Below, in pieces: positions 29,780-38,885 of a DNA stretch of 64,000 nt (within the stretch, counting starts at the first letter, position 1; every line of letters begins with the position of its first letter). This DNA is from a virus. Made by a program: the position numbers and the translations under genes. The notes below the pieces were generated by a model. That model was not told the DNA's origin. It saw only the letters and a program-made list of their open reading frames with translations, and did not search any database. The stretch lies in IMG/VR virus record IMGVR_UViG_3300031251_000967, positions 11,523-75,522 of that record; one strand, given 5' to 3'.

Positions 29780-32700
29780 TTACCTCGGCTTGCAGGAATG
29801 CATCATGAAAGTCAGGTTGTTGGTGGCGATGATGTTGTCCGCATCGCACCAACTCTTGATCGTGCTGTAAGCCGCCTTGCAGGCCGAATAGCGGGCGGGA
29901 AGCGCCGACAGAGCCGCGATCCCCCACCGCCACGTCAGCGAGTATTCCGGGATCACCCCGCCGTTGTTCAGCCCGCCATGCGGCCACATGTGCACGACCT
30001 GCTGAGGACTGGTGACGGTCGCTGGACCGGAGAGGATCCAGTTCGTTCCCGTCCCCTGCGTATTCGCCGGCAGCGGATTGTTGTTCGGAAACGGAGCGAT
30101 GATCGTGGCCGTCACGGTATCCGTGATGCTCGATCCGCTCGCATTCGTCGCCGTGATCCGCGCCTCGCCCGCATAGATCCGCAGGCTGCTCGTCGATGAG
30201 AACGTGACGTTCGTCGTCATCGCCGCCGACGTGAACAACTGAAGCGTGTTTACGTCGACAACGTGTGCATAGTAGGTCGTCCGCGGGGCGAGGCTCGTCG
30301 GGAACGCGCCGTTGCTGCTGCTGACCCGAACCGGCTGGCCCTCGCTGTACCCGTGAGCCGTCAGCGTAACCGTTCCGGCTGAGGCATTGAGGACGGTGAT
30401 GTTCCGCTGCGTCCCGGCGATAAAGCCGGTGACGTGATCGGCGTAGAATACCGGCGTGTTGGCCTGGAACGTCACGGTGTTCCCGACCACCGTTGCGTCA
30501 CCACTCGCGATCGACAAAGAGGCAATCGGGCCGGGCGCGGTATAGGTCGCTTGGTTGGTGTCGGTGTTCCCGTTCGACGGGAAGTATTCGAGGAATGCCG
30601 ACCAGAGATCGGCCATCGACGTGACATAGCCGTAGCTGGCGCCGCCCTTGTGCACGAAGGGGAAGTTCGTCACGTACCCGAGGTAGCGGGCCTGAACGCC
30701 TGGATTCGCGAACGCCTGATAGAGAAGATCACCCAACCAGTCGAACAGCGCCTGCCCGTTCGTGTCGAGGAGTTCGTTCTCGTACAGGTTGCAGAACTGC
30801 TCGGCGTTGTAGGTGACCTGCCACATCACCGTGTTGTGGTTCGATCCCCACCAGTGGCAATCGCCCTTCTGAGCGGCCGTGATCCCGTATCCATCCGGCC
30901 CGGTGACGAGCGCGCTATACCCTTGCGACAGCCAGTTCGAAAGCAGCGTCCGCAGGCTCCCGCTCGGAGACGTGTCCATGACGATGCCCGAGGTGTACGG
31001 GCTGTCGGGAGCGTGGATGGTGGCGTGGATGAGATCGCGGAAGAACCAGGACACCTGCCGCGGCTGCGCCGTCGCATTGGCGCTCGGGCCCCAGCAGGAT
31101 CTGTTCAGGCCGTTCCCGTTGTTGTTCAGCAGAAGCCATCGCGCGGTGACGTTATGCTGAAGCGCCTCAAGGAATTTCAGGTCTCCAGTCAAAAGATATG
31201 TCAGCCGGCACTTCGCGTTGCTGTGCGCGATGTCGGTGTTCCACCAGGAGAAGTTGCCGTAGTAGTTGTCGACGCCGACAGCGCGCTGAGCATAGAACTG
31301 CGGGCTGAACGTCGGCTGCGGCCCGGTCGAACCGTTGGCGGCATAGTTCGTGCGGATGGCCGGATCCAGCGGCAGCCCGGTGTTCTCGTCCCTATGGAAG
31401 ATCGGCGAGGCGAAGATGGAATGCGCGCGATCGTGCGCGCTCCGCCACGCGTCCCATGTCCCGCTGATCAGCCAATAGAGTTCGAACGAGCTGTCGCTCC
31501 CGATGCCTGCATCGACACCCGACGTAGACTCGAACAGGAAGTACCCGAAGTGATTCCCATCCGGCCCGGTATAATAGAACGGGCTGTAATCGCGGCCGTC
31601 AGGACAAGTCGTCGGTGCGGAGATGCCCGGCAACCCATCGAGGGTGCCGCGCTGCGTCGTCGCGGTGCTCGCCGCAGTCGCCGCCGACGGTTCGTCGATC
31701 GCGTAGTTCTGGATAACCCTTGTCGAGACGAGATAGTAGTTGTCGAACGCCACGTAGTGCCGGGGCACCACGTTGTGCCACGTCCGCAGCGCCGGCAGAG
31801 TGAGCCGGGTTCGGTTCGGGATCACCAGCCCGAGGATCTTCCAGCCCGTCGAGGGAACGGTGATGCCGTAGGTGACGTCGATCAACGAGCTGAGCGCGCC
31901 CGACGGCCCTGCCTGCCCGCCATGGCCGACTTGGATGTTGGCCGGGTTCGATCCCGTGTAATTGATCGAGGAGATCGTTTCCCACTGATATGCAGAGTAG
32001 CTGTGCGCGTGCGCCGTCGGGCCGACGATCCCGGTTTCCGTGAACGATGCCCCGGTGTCCGTCCGGACGCCGTTGATCGTGAACGTCGCCCCGCTGTTGT
32101 CGCTCGCCGAGTAGAAGCGGACGGTTCGCCCGCCTTCCATGCGGACGTAGGCCACGCCTCCCGATACGCACTGCCCGTTCAGCGTCAGCGAACCGCCGGT
32201 CGGGCTCTGCGTCTTGCAGATGCTGGACAGTGTCTGCGGGCAGAACCCCGTGATGCCGGTGATGCCGGGCGAGACGTGCGCCAGAACCTGGGCGCCCGTT
32301 CCACCGCCGCCCGTGATCGACGGGGCGCCGCCGAGCTGGGTCGGCAGCGTCGGATAGACCGCGACGACCGACCCACCGCCGATCACCGCCGCAGCATTGC
32401 TGTTGCTGTTGGCGACCGTCGGGTTCGAGGTGAACCCGCTGCCGGCCGCCGTGACGACATAGCCGTCAGGGTTCTTGACGACGGCCGCCGCGCCGGTCCC
32501 GCCGCCCCCCGAGAACGAGATCGTGCCGACGGTCCCAGCCGCAGTCACCGTGACCGACTGGACACCGCCGCTCGCGACCGTTGCTGCGAGAACCGCCGTA
32601 CCGCCACTGTTTACCGTCGGTGCCGACGTGTAGCCGCTGCCCTTCGCGGTAACGACGATGGTCGGCTGATTGGCATCGCGAATGTAGATCAACTGCCCGT

Positions 32701-34141
32701 TGGCGTTGATCACCCTCCCCGCATGAGAGGGATCGAACGTGAACGTGCCACCCGTGACATAGGCCGAACAGAACTGCGTCGCCCAAGACGAACCGCTGAA
32801 TGCGCCGTAGGCGATGTTCAGCGCCGCATCCGATGTTACCGCCGTGCGGCTCCAGACGACCGCATTGCCCTGCTTGAGCGTGATGCTTTCGATCGGCACG
32901 CAGCCGTTTCCGACCGAGGCGACGTTGCCGTTCTCGATGTACGGATCCGTGCGGACGTCCTGGATCGTCCCGCCGGGATGGTAGACGCGGACGTGGAAGC
33001 CGGCGAGGAGGATGCGGTGCGGGGCGTGGCCCGACGTGGTCCACACCGGCATCGTTGCCACGAACTCGGTGCAGAGCGGGTTCTTCGTCCAGATGCCGCG
33101 GAAGCTGGGAGCGGTGTTGCTCCAGGTCGACGAGCCCGCAAGGGCCGTATTGGCGTCCGCCGTGTAGGCGACGCCGTCGATCGTCAGCGACCACGTGACG
33201 TTCCATCCATTGGCGGATGCCCAGGACTGGAACGCCGCTAGGGTGATACCGGTGTGCGTCTCCGATCCCGATACCGCCTTGACATCGAACAGCGCCGACG
33301 TGGGGTTGCCCATCGGATCGGTGAGCGAGGCCGTTCCGGGTAGGCTCGGAACCTGATAGTGCAGCGTCGCGTACTTCAGCGAACCGTCGGACCAGAACTT
33401 TTCGTGGTCGATCCCCTGCGCCGAAAGCTGCGAACCGCCGTGGGCAAAGACGCGCGGGACGAATCCCGCCGGGATATCGCCCTTCTTGAACGGCATCCCG
33501 TGGCTGACGAGCACGTTGCTCAAGGCCCCGCCGGAACCGGGATTGGACGGCGTCGAGAGGATGCCGAGCGACGTGACGGCGGTGAGGTTGTGGTCGTTGA
33601 CGCTGATCGTAACGGGCTGGTCGACCGACGTTCCGTTCTGCGTCGCGTGGATCGTGATCGACGGCGTGGACGCTCCTGCGGGAAGTGCCGCAGCAACTGT
33701 GACGTGTCCGGCTGCGTCGATCGCGAACTCGCTATTCGGGTTGATGGTCAAGGACAGCGTGCCAGCGAAGGGGCTTCCATCCGACATCGTGACAGTAGCA
33801 GTCCCGACGAGCGTTCCAACCGGCGCATTGTCGAGGACCGAGCCGCCTGAGAACGAGATCCCGGTCGGGACGGTCCCCGTGCCCGTCGCTGCGGCTAGCC
33901 CTTCCTGGACAAGGAAGTCACCGAGCGGATTCGGGATGGTGTAATTCGCGCCCGTCAGATACCGCGTCGTGCCTTCCAGCCAGTCCTGGCTCATCGTCAG
34001 GGCTGTCGACCCAGCCGGCGTTCCGGAGGCCCATCCCCGCTTGATCAGCCGATCGGCGATGGCGTCCGCGACCGTGTACGACTGGCCCGACGTGTACGTC
34101 GTCGCGCCGAGCCGGAACGTGCGTGTCGCGGTAATGAGCAT
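29780..34141 (-). CDS. 1453-aa mosaic protein: tandem small anchor domains, cadherin-like domain, Gly-rich repeats, PcRGLX/YetA-like lyase core
   Basis: HGMPFKKGDIP...WSDGSLKYA; DIAH...YLLTGDLKFLE...QPRQVSWFFRDL; GSGYTSAPTV repeats. Confidence 0.7.
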   Translation of the reverse strand: MLITATRTFRLGATTYTSGQSYTVADAIADRLIKRGWASGTPAGSTALTMSQDWLEGTTRYLTGANYTIPNPLGDFLVQEGLAAATGTGTVPTGISFSGGSVLDNAPVGTLVGTATVTMSDGSPFAGTLSLTINPNSEFAIDAAGHVTVAAALPAGASTPSITIHATQNGTSVDQPVTISVNDHNLTAVTSLGILSTPSNPGSGGALSNVLVSHGMPFKKGDIPAGFVPRVFAHGGSQLSAQGIDHEKFWSDGSLKYATLHYQVPSLPGTASLTDPMGNPTSALFDVKAVSGSETHTGITLAAFQSWASANGWNVTWSLTIDGVAYTADANTALAGSSTWSNTAPSFRGIWTKNPLCTEFVATMPVWTTSGHAPHRILLAGFHVRVYHPGGTIQDVRTDPYIENGNVASVGNGCVPIESITLKQGNAVVWSRTAVTSDAALNIAYGAFSGSSWATQFCSAYVTGGTFTFDPSHAGRVINANGQLIYIRDANQPTIVVTAKGSGYTSAPTVNSGGTAVLAATVASGGVQSVTVTAAGTVGTISFSGGGGTGAAAVVKNPDGYVVTAAGSGFTSNPTVANSNSNAAAVIGGGSVVAVYPTLPTQLGGAPSITGGGGTGAQVLAHVSPGITGITGFCPQTLSSICKTQSPTGGSLTLNGQCVSGGVAYVRMEGGRTVRFYSASDNSGATFTINGVRTDTGASFTETGIVGPTAHAHSYSAYQWETISSINYTGSNPANIQVGHGGQAGPSGALSSLIDVTYGITVPSTGWKILGLVIPNRTRLTLPALRTWHNVVPRHYVAFDNYYLVSTRVIQNYAIDEPSAATAASTATTQRGTLDGLPGISAPTTCPDGRDYSPFYYTGPDGNHFGYFLFESTSGVDAGIGSDSSFELYWLISGTWDAWRSAHDRAHSIFASPIFHRDENTGLPLDPAIRTNYAANGSTGPQPTFSPQFYAQRAVGVDNYYGNFSWWNTDIAHSNAKCRLTYLLTGDLKFLEALQHNVTARWLLLNNNGNGLNRSCWGPSANATAQPRQVSWFFRDLIHATIHAPDSPYTSGIVMDTSPSGSLRTLLSNWLSQGYSALVTGPDGYGITAAQKGDCHWWGSNHNTVMWQVTYNAEQFCNLYENELLDTNGQALFDWLGDLLYQAFANPGVQARYLGYVTNFPFVHKGGASYGYVTSMADLWSAFLEYFPSNGNTDTNQATYTAPGPIASLSIASGDATVVGNTVTFQANTPVFYADHVTGFIAGTQRNITVLNASAGTVTLTAHGYSEGQPVRVSSSNGAFPTSLAPRTTYYAHVVDVNTLQLFTSAAMTTNVTFSSTSSLRIYAGEARITATNASGSSITDTVTATIIAPFPNNNPLPANTQGTGTNWILSGPATVTSPQQVVHMWPHGGLNNGGVIPEYSLTWRWGIAALSALPARYSACKAAYSTIKSWCDADNIIATNNLTFMMHSCKPR

Positions 34142-34150
34142 GGAAAGTGC

Positions 34151-34438
34151 TTAGGCAGCCGAGGACAGAACGCCGGTCGTGCTGTCGTCGAACTGGATCA
34201 CTTCGCCCTCTTTCGGCGGATGGAACGTGAGGACGGCGATTTCCGCCTCCGCGCCCTGGCTCGCATCGGCCGTGACCGTAGAGAGGTCGCGCGCCCAGCC
34301 GGCCGCCACGAAATACGCCAACTCGTCGGTGTGGCGATGGCGGTACTCGGCCGGCGCGTCCGCCTCGTCTGTGAGGAGTGCCCCGGCTTCGAACCGCTCG
34401 GCCCCGTGCAGGAAGGTCGAGACGACCTGAACTCGCAT
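34151..34438 (-). CDS. Small protein related to the N-terminal repeats of the 1453-aa protein
   Basis: TFLHGAERFEAG...YFVAAGWA. Confidence 0.6.
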   Translation of the reverse strand: MRVQVVSTFLHGAERFEAGALLTDEADAPAEYRHRHTDELAYFVAAGWARDLSTVTADASQGAEAEIAVLTFHPPKEGEVIQFDDSTTGVLSSAA

Positions 34439-34818
34439 CAGACCGGGTCCTTGATCTGATACTTCGCCGAGGCCACATCGACCGTGCCGCCGGAGGTCAG
34501 GGCAGTGGACGAGGTCGCCAGCTCGTAGACGTAGGTCGAGGAGCCCGGCGCGCTGAACACGAGAACCGCGGCGGTGCCCGAGGTGCTGACGGGAATGCCG
34601 GTCTTGCCGTTGAAGGTCAGCTTGCGCCCGCCGCCGGACGAGGCGTCGGCAGCCGGGCCAGTGAAAAACGTGCTGTCGATCGTCGCGTGAGCGAGGCTCA
34701 AACCGGCGATGTTGCCGAAGTTCTTACCCGGCGAAGCCGAGCACACGTCGATCTGCGTCGGCGTGGTCTTGCAATAGGTCAAACCGCCGTCGAAGCCGGC
34801 GTCGGACATAGCAGGCAT
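34438..34818 (-). CDS. Conserved phage structural/fibre-associated protein
   Basis: VCSASP, GRKLT, SGTA, GGTVDV...IKDP pattern. Confidence 0.6.
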   Translation of the reverse strand: MPAMSDAGFDGGLTYCKTTPTQIDVCSASPGKNFGNIAGLSLAHATIDSTFFTGPAADASSGGGRKLTFNGKTGIPVSTSGTAAVLVFSAPGSSTYVYELATSSTALTSGGTVDVASAKYQIKDPV

Positions 34819-34976
34819 GGCCTACCCCTTTCAGGTGCGTACTGGTCGTTTGGGAGTGTCCGATTGCTTTACAGAGCGTCGGATCAGCGCTTGCCCGCGA
34901 GCCTGAAAGCCGCGGAATTCTTGCTATGGCACGTAGTTTGCGGCAGGCTTGGCATAGCCCAACTACCGGTTGGAAC

Positions 34977-35942
34977 ATGCGGAGCGCACGAGCCTTGATC
35001 CCTGCCCTGACCGGAATCCGCGGTGCCGCCGCGCTATGGGTGTTCCTGTTTCATCTGCCGCTCACCGCGAGCCTGCCGCTGATCCGCGACGGGTTCCTCG
35101 GTGTCGACGTGTTCTTTGTGCTGAGCGGCTTCGTCCTATCGCTGGCGTATGCGGGAAAACCGCCGTCCGGGCTTGATGGTTACTGGCGTTTCCTGGTGAC
35201 GAGAGCGGCCCGGATCTGGCCGCTCCATGCCGTCGCTCTGCTCGTCCTCGCCTGCCTCGTCTTCGCCCTTCCGGGCTTCGCCGACCGCTACAGCTCCGAC
35301 AAGTTCGCGTGGGGCGATCTGCCGGCGCATATCTCGCTGACGTACCTTTGGTCTGGCCACCACATCGCGTGGAACGTCCCGTCGTGGTCGCTCAGTGCAG
35401 AGGCGTTCGCCTACCTGCTGTTTCCGTTCTTGCTCTCCGGCATCACGCGATTGGTCCGCTCGCCTCGCCTCGCTCTGATTGGGGCGGTGCTGGCCTTGTC
35501 AGCGTGGCTTGCAGTCTTTGCCGTCATCGGATTCGACAAGATGGAGCGCCCGTCGCTCTGGATTCTCAGGCTAGCGCCGGAGTTCGTTGCCGGGTGCCTG
35601 CTCTACCGGGCCTATGCGCTCGGCGGCCTTGATCGCGTAGTGCGGCCTGCACCGCTCGTCGCTGCCGATCGATTCCTATCGTGGCGTCCGGTGTTCCTGC
35701 TCGGCGAGTATTCGTTCTCGCTGTACATGACGCACTGGACCGTGATCCAGGTCATGAACTGGCTGGCGCTTCCAAACGTCGCCGCTGAAGCCAGCATAAC
35801 GATTGCCGCCACAGCAGCCTTGACCCTCGCCGGATACCGCTTCATCGAGCAGCCCGGTCGGAAATTGGGGCGCCGCATCGCTCGGCGGGATACCCTTTCG
35901 TCTCCGTCAGGGAGTAAGCTCCGCGCCACTGTGGTCAGCTAG
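34977..35942 (+). CDS. Acyltransferase family 3 (OafA-like O-acyltransferase) moron
   Basis: LTGIRGAAALWVFLFH, GVDVFFVLSGF, WSLSAE, LGEYSFSLYMTH. Confidence 0.9.
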   Translation: MRSARALIPALTGIRGAAALWVFLFHLPLTASLPLIRDGFLGVDVFFVLSGFVLSLAYAGKPPSGLDGYWRFLVTRAARIWPLHAVALLVLACLVFALPGFADRYSSDKFAWGDLPAHISLTYLWSGHHIAWNVPSWSLSAEAFAYLLFPFLLSGITRLVRSPRLALIGAVLALSAWLAVFAVIGFDKMERPSLWILRLAPEFVAGCLLYRAYALGGLDRVVRPAPLVAADRFLSWRPVFLLGEYSFSLYMTHWTVIQVMNWLALPNVAAEASITIAATAALTLAGYRFIEQPGRKLGRRIARRDTLSSPSGSKLRATVVS

Positions 35943-35958
35943 CGCGAGTAGCACCCCT

Positions 35959-36111
35959 ATGCTTAATGACGTGAGCGCCGGATCCCTACTCATCCTCGTC
36001 GCGTCGCACGCTGCAGCTTTCGCAGCTGGATTCGGCATCCGTCACGCTATGTCGGTATCGAGACGACGCCGAGCACAGCGGCGGTACAGCGTGTTCCCGC
36101 ACGCCGATTAG
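35959..36111 (+). CDS. 50-aa membrane protein (not in track)
   Basis: Manual translation: TM then AGFGIRHAMSVSRRRR. Confidence 0.45.
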   Translation: MLNDVSAGSLLILVASHAAAFAAGFGIRHAMSVSRRRRAQRRYSVFPHAD

Positions 36112-36275
36112 GCTGCGATTCTAGGAACCCTACTTGCCCGCACGATCGCCGCCGCGTCCTGCTGCACCTTCTCCACGGCGATGCACTCCCAGTGTGAGGA
36201 GACATCCTCGTGGGAATAGGTGCGCCAGACGGCGTACATGTCGTCGTAGGAGCGCTGGCGGATCTCGGTTCGCAT
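36108..36275 (-). CDS. Hypothetical protein
   Basis: TGATG-coupled, 55 aa. Confidence 0.5.
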   Translation of the reverse strand: MRTEIRQRSYDDMYAVWRTYSHEDVSSHWECIAVEKVQQDAAAIVRASRVPRIAA

Positions 36276-36508
36276 CAGTCGGGTTCGACGCCGAGTTCGC
36301 GGAGACGGGCGTCGAGCACCTGAATGGCCTTCGCATTGAACTCGCGGTTCAGTGCGTTCAGCGCCTCCAGGTGCGCTTCGTACAGCGCAATGTACTCGTC
36401 GCCGCCCTGCCGAAGCCACCCGCGCGAGACCGTCTGATCCTTCTCCTGGAGATGGACATCCCGCAGGTTCTTGACGGTGCCGATCAGTTCGAGGTCGGAC
36501 AGCTTCAC
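36275..36508 (-). CDS. Hypothetical protein
   Basis: 77 aa, ends LRELGVEPD. Confidence 0.6.
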   Translation of the reverse strand: MKLSDLELIGTVKNLRDVHLQEKDQTVSRGWLRQGGDEYIALYEAHLEALNALNREFNAKAIQVLDARLRELGVEPD

Positions 36509-36511
36509 GGA

Positions 36512-36709
36512 TCAGGGCTCCGGTTCGGGTGTAGGTAACGGCGGTTCGGCCTGGAGCGCGCGTGTGGTAGCGGAATCAGATGATTGCTGACCGCGCCGGC
36601 CAGGAACCGCCGTATGGGATGAAACAACGTCGAAGTCGTACCTGAATCCGAGGCAACCTGAACGACGACACGCGCTATTTCCGCATGCCTTGATGTCGCC
36701 GGTGCACAT
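36512..36709 (-). CDS. Cys-rich small protein
   Basis: TAATG-coupled. Confidence 0.4.
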   Translation of the reverse strand: MCTGDIKACGNSACRRSGCLGFRYDFDVVSSHTAVPGRRGQQSSDSATTRALQAEPPLPTPEPEP

Positions 36710-36918
36710 TAGCGAACAGCGTTCAGTGAGCGCCGGTAGGAGTAACCGTTGCGGATCATCTCGCACGGCCGCGACCACGTGGAAGGCAGTCCGCGCCGCT
36801 TCCCTTCGGCAGTTGCGCGCAGTCGGCGCTTCCAGCGGGCCAGATACACCGAGTATTTCTTGCGGGGTGGCGGATGCGGAAACTCACGCAACGCCCCGTT
36901 TCGATCGAAACGGCGCAT
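36709..36918 (-). CDS. Basic small protein
   Basis: TAATG-coupled at both ends. Confidence 0.45.
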   Translation of the reverse strand: MRRFDRNGALREFPHPPPRKKYSVYLARWKRRLRATAEGKRRGLPSTWSRPCEMIRNGYSYRRSLNAVR

Positions 36919-37049
36919 TATCGGTGATGCTTTCCGGTGATCGCCGTCTTGTAGCCACGGTTCTTTCCGTGACGGCCTGGACGACGTACCTTCACCTTGA
37001 CGCGACGACCGGCGCCGATGCCGCCACCGGTTGCTTTCGGCTTGGCCAT
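36918..37049 (-). CDS. 43-aa very basic peptide (not in track)
   Basis: MAKPKATGGGIGAGRRVKVKVRRPGRHGKNRGYKTAITGKHHR; TAATG coupling. Confidence 0.5.
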   Translation of the reverse strand: MAKPKATGGGIGAGRRVKVKVRRPGRHGKNRGYKTAITGKHHR

Positions 37050-37175
37050 GTCGATGATCTCTTGATGTGCCGATCGGCTGATGGTGCGGCGCGGAGAGGT
37101 CGGCTACTCCGGGCGAGGGGTGTCGAGGTTAGGCTCGACAGGTCGTTCGTATAGGTATTGTCGGAATGACAATCC

Positions 37176-37379
37176 CTACGCGGCCTCCGTTCCTATGCGG
37201 AACTGTCCGGTGATCTTCCGCCCGGTGATGGGCTGCGGCTCGGTCCCGATGTGGCCGTGGCTCATCCAGAGGAGTTGCCGGGTCACGCGCTGCCCGGTAT
37301 CGGCCCGTATTCCCTGTATGACCGTCGCGCCGAAGATGCTCAGCAAGCGCCAGTCGTGGAGGAGAGGGGGACGGGACAT
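37176..37379 (-). CDS. Hypothetical protein
   Basis: 67 aa ORF. Confidence 0.4.
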   Translation of the reverse strand: MSRPPLLHDWRLLSIFGATVIQGIRADTGQRVTRQLLWMSHGHIGTEPQPITGRKITGQFRIGTEAA

Positions 37380-37382
37380 AAA

Positions 37383-37767
37383 ACGGCGGATTTCCTAGCG
37401 ATTCGGGATCGGCCGCGAAGCGCGGTTTTCGCCGCTTTCGTTTGCCCGGGAACCGCAGAAAACCGCCATTCTGCCGTACGATTCGGGCTACCGGGTGGAT
37501 GAAGCTGCGGGCCGCCAAGCGGCTAAGCTGTTCGCCAGACTTCTTCGGCGCTGGCTGCGCCATGGTCGGGAGAGCTGATCCCGCGCGTGTCACTCATCCA
37601 CGCCGCCGCAGCTTCATCCACCCGGAATCGCCATCGCCCGTCCTCGGAGAGATCCGGGGACGAGCGGAGAATGTTCTGTGGTCGTATTTCGTCGAGGGTC
37701 CGTGCGGACGCACCTCTACTGACACCTTAAGCCCGACCTCGCGGGGAGGTAACGGGCTTACGGTGTC
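37383..37767. ncRNA. Highly structured non-coding region (late leader or ncRNA)
   Basis: 20-bp perfect IR 37491-37510/37606-37625 plus several further hairpins. Confidence 0.5.
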
Positions 37768-37768
37768 C

Positions 37769-37797
37769 GTATTACCTCAGGTTGATGCGGGGCGCAA
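37769..37797 (-). promoter_or_regulatory. Candidate late promoter (pR'-like)
   Basis: TTGCGC-17 nt-TAATAC downstream of Q-position gene. Confidence 0.4.
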
Positions 37798-37805
37798 GCG
37801 GATTT

Positions 37806-37946
37806 TCATGCTAACGCACAGAAAAACCCCACGAATACGAAGAGGCACACCGCCCCTATCGCGCCCAACACGCTCGGAGCCCATACCGCGAGCGCCACAA
37901 AGGTTGCAAGAAGCGCGGTGATAACGAAAGCGGTCGGCCAGCCCAT
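37806..37946 (-). CDS. 46-aa hydrophobic membrane peptide
   Basis: TGATG-coupled; almost entirely hydrophobic. Confidence 0.5.
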   Translation of the reverse strand: MGWPTAFVITALLATFVALAVWAPSVLGAIGAVCLFVFVGFFCALA

Positions 37947-38500
37947 CACTCGATCCCCCGATGCTTGGCAAGCGTGTCCAGGCCAGCTCGCAGCGTCTGA
38001 AGCCATTGCCCCGGCGACTTGTCGAAGCACACTACGCCCTGAACGAGTCCGCCGACCGGCCCCATGGCGCGCATCGCCTTCAGGTAGCGGTTCATGGCTG
38101 CGTCCTCATAGTCGTCCATGGCGTAGCTGGCGTTGCTGTCCCCGCCGCCTCCCGATCGCGGGCCGAAATTGCACGTTCCGCTGTCCTGAAGCCCCGCGTC
38201 GTTAAAGGTCTCCCAGAGCCACGCCGCCGCCGTGTAGCGTCGGTCGGCTTCGTCCTCGCCTTCCTGTGCCGTTCGGAGCATCCCCTTCACGTACAGGCTG
38301 TCGATGAGCTTCTGTTCCGTCTCCCGCGCCCGGATGACACGCTGGCCGTCAGGATCAACGGTGAGGATTTCCTTGCCGTCTCGGGTGTAGCTGCGCTGCC
38401 GGCCCTCGATCACCACGCGGCCGTGGCGGTGCCGCATGGCTGAGCCCAGGTCGATGGCTGGGTCGATGCTCTGAACGTTCTTGCGCTTTGCTTTGGCCAT
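37946..38500 (-). CDS. Late transcription regulator, Q position (DUF6456-like)
   Basis: IDSLYVKGML...RRYTAAAWL...LRAGLDTLAKH; position. Confidence 0.6.
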   Translation of the reverse strand: MAKAKRKNVQSIDPAIDLGSAMRHRHGRVVIEGRQRSYTRDGKEILTVDPDGQRVIRARETEQKLIDSLYVKGMLRTAQEGEDEADRRYTAAAWLWETFNDAGLQDSGTCNFGPRSGGGGDSNASYAMDDYEDAAMNRYLKAMRAMGPVGGLVQGVVCFDKSPGQWLQTLRAGLDTLAKHRGIE

Positions 38501-38541
38501 TTGGGGGACTGGCTCCGGTTGGCAGAAAGTGCGGGAGGGGA

Positions 38542-38781
38542 TTATTCTTCGCGCACGTGCACGAGAGCACGAGCGTCGAAAGTCGCGGTCCATGTCGGCG
38601 AGCCCTTGCGGCGGGCGTCGAATTCGACCTTCGCCATAAGCGATGCGCGGCGACCCATGGGGGTGAAGGTGTGCTTCACCGTGCCCACGCGGTGTCGCAC
38701 CTTATCGCGGACGACGGCAACGTAGTCTTCGGGCTCCTTCACGCGCACCCGATCGCCGACCTTGATGGCTTCGTCTGTCAT
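38542..38781 (-). CDS. SH3/KOW-like small protein
   Basis: IKVGDRVRV. Confidence 0.55.
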   Translation of the reverse strand: MTDEAIKVGDRVRVKEPEDYVAVVRDKVRHRVGTVKHTFTPMGRRASLMAKVEFDARRKGSPTWTATFDARALVHVREE

Positions 38782-38885
38782 TGGCGTTCTCTTCTCAGCA
38801 GGGGCCCGGCACCAGCACGGGAGATTGTGGGGACCGGAGCGACCTTTGCCGCCGCAGGACCAGCAGGGAGAGGACTTGGCAGGAT

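Noticed and set aside
30434-33241. 935-aa plus-strand ORF and similar long ORFs (17684-19177, 19411-21084, 47778-49214)
   Set aside because: Arg-rich or low-complexity antisense shadows of real high-GC3 genes; no motifs
37511-37605. tRNA in the cloverleaf-like segment
   Set aside because: No T-loop GTTCRA, D-loop or CCA on either strand
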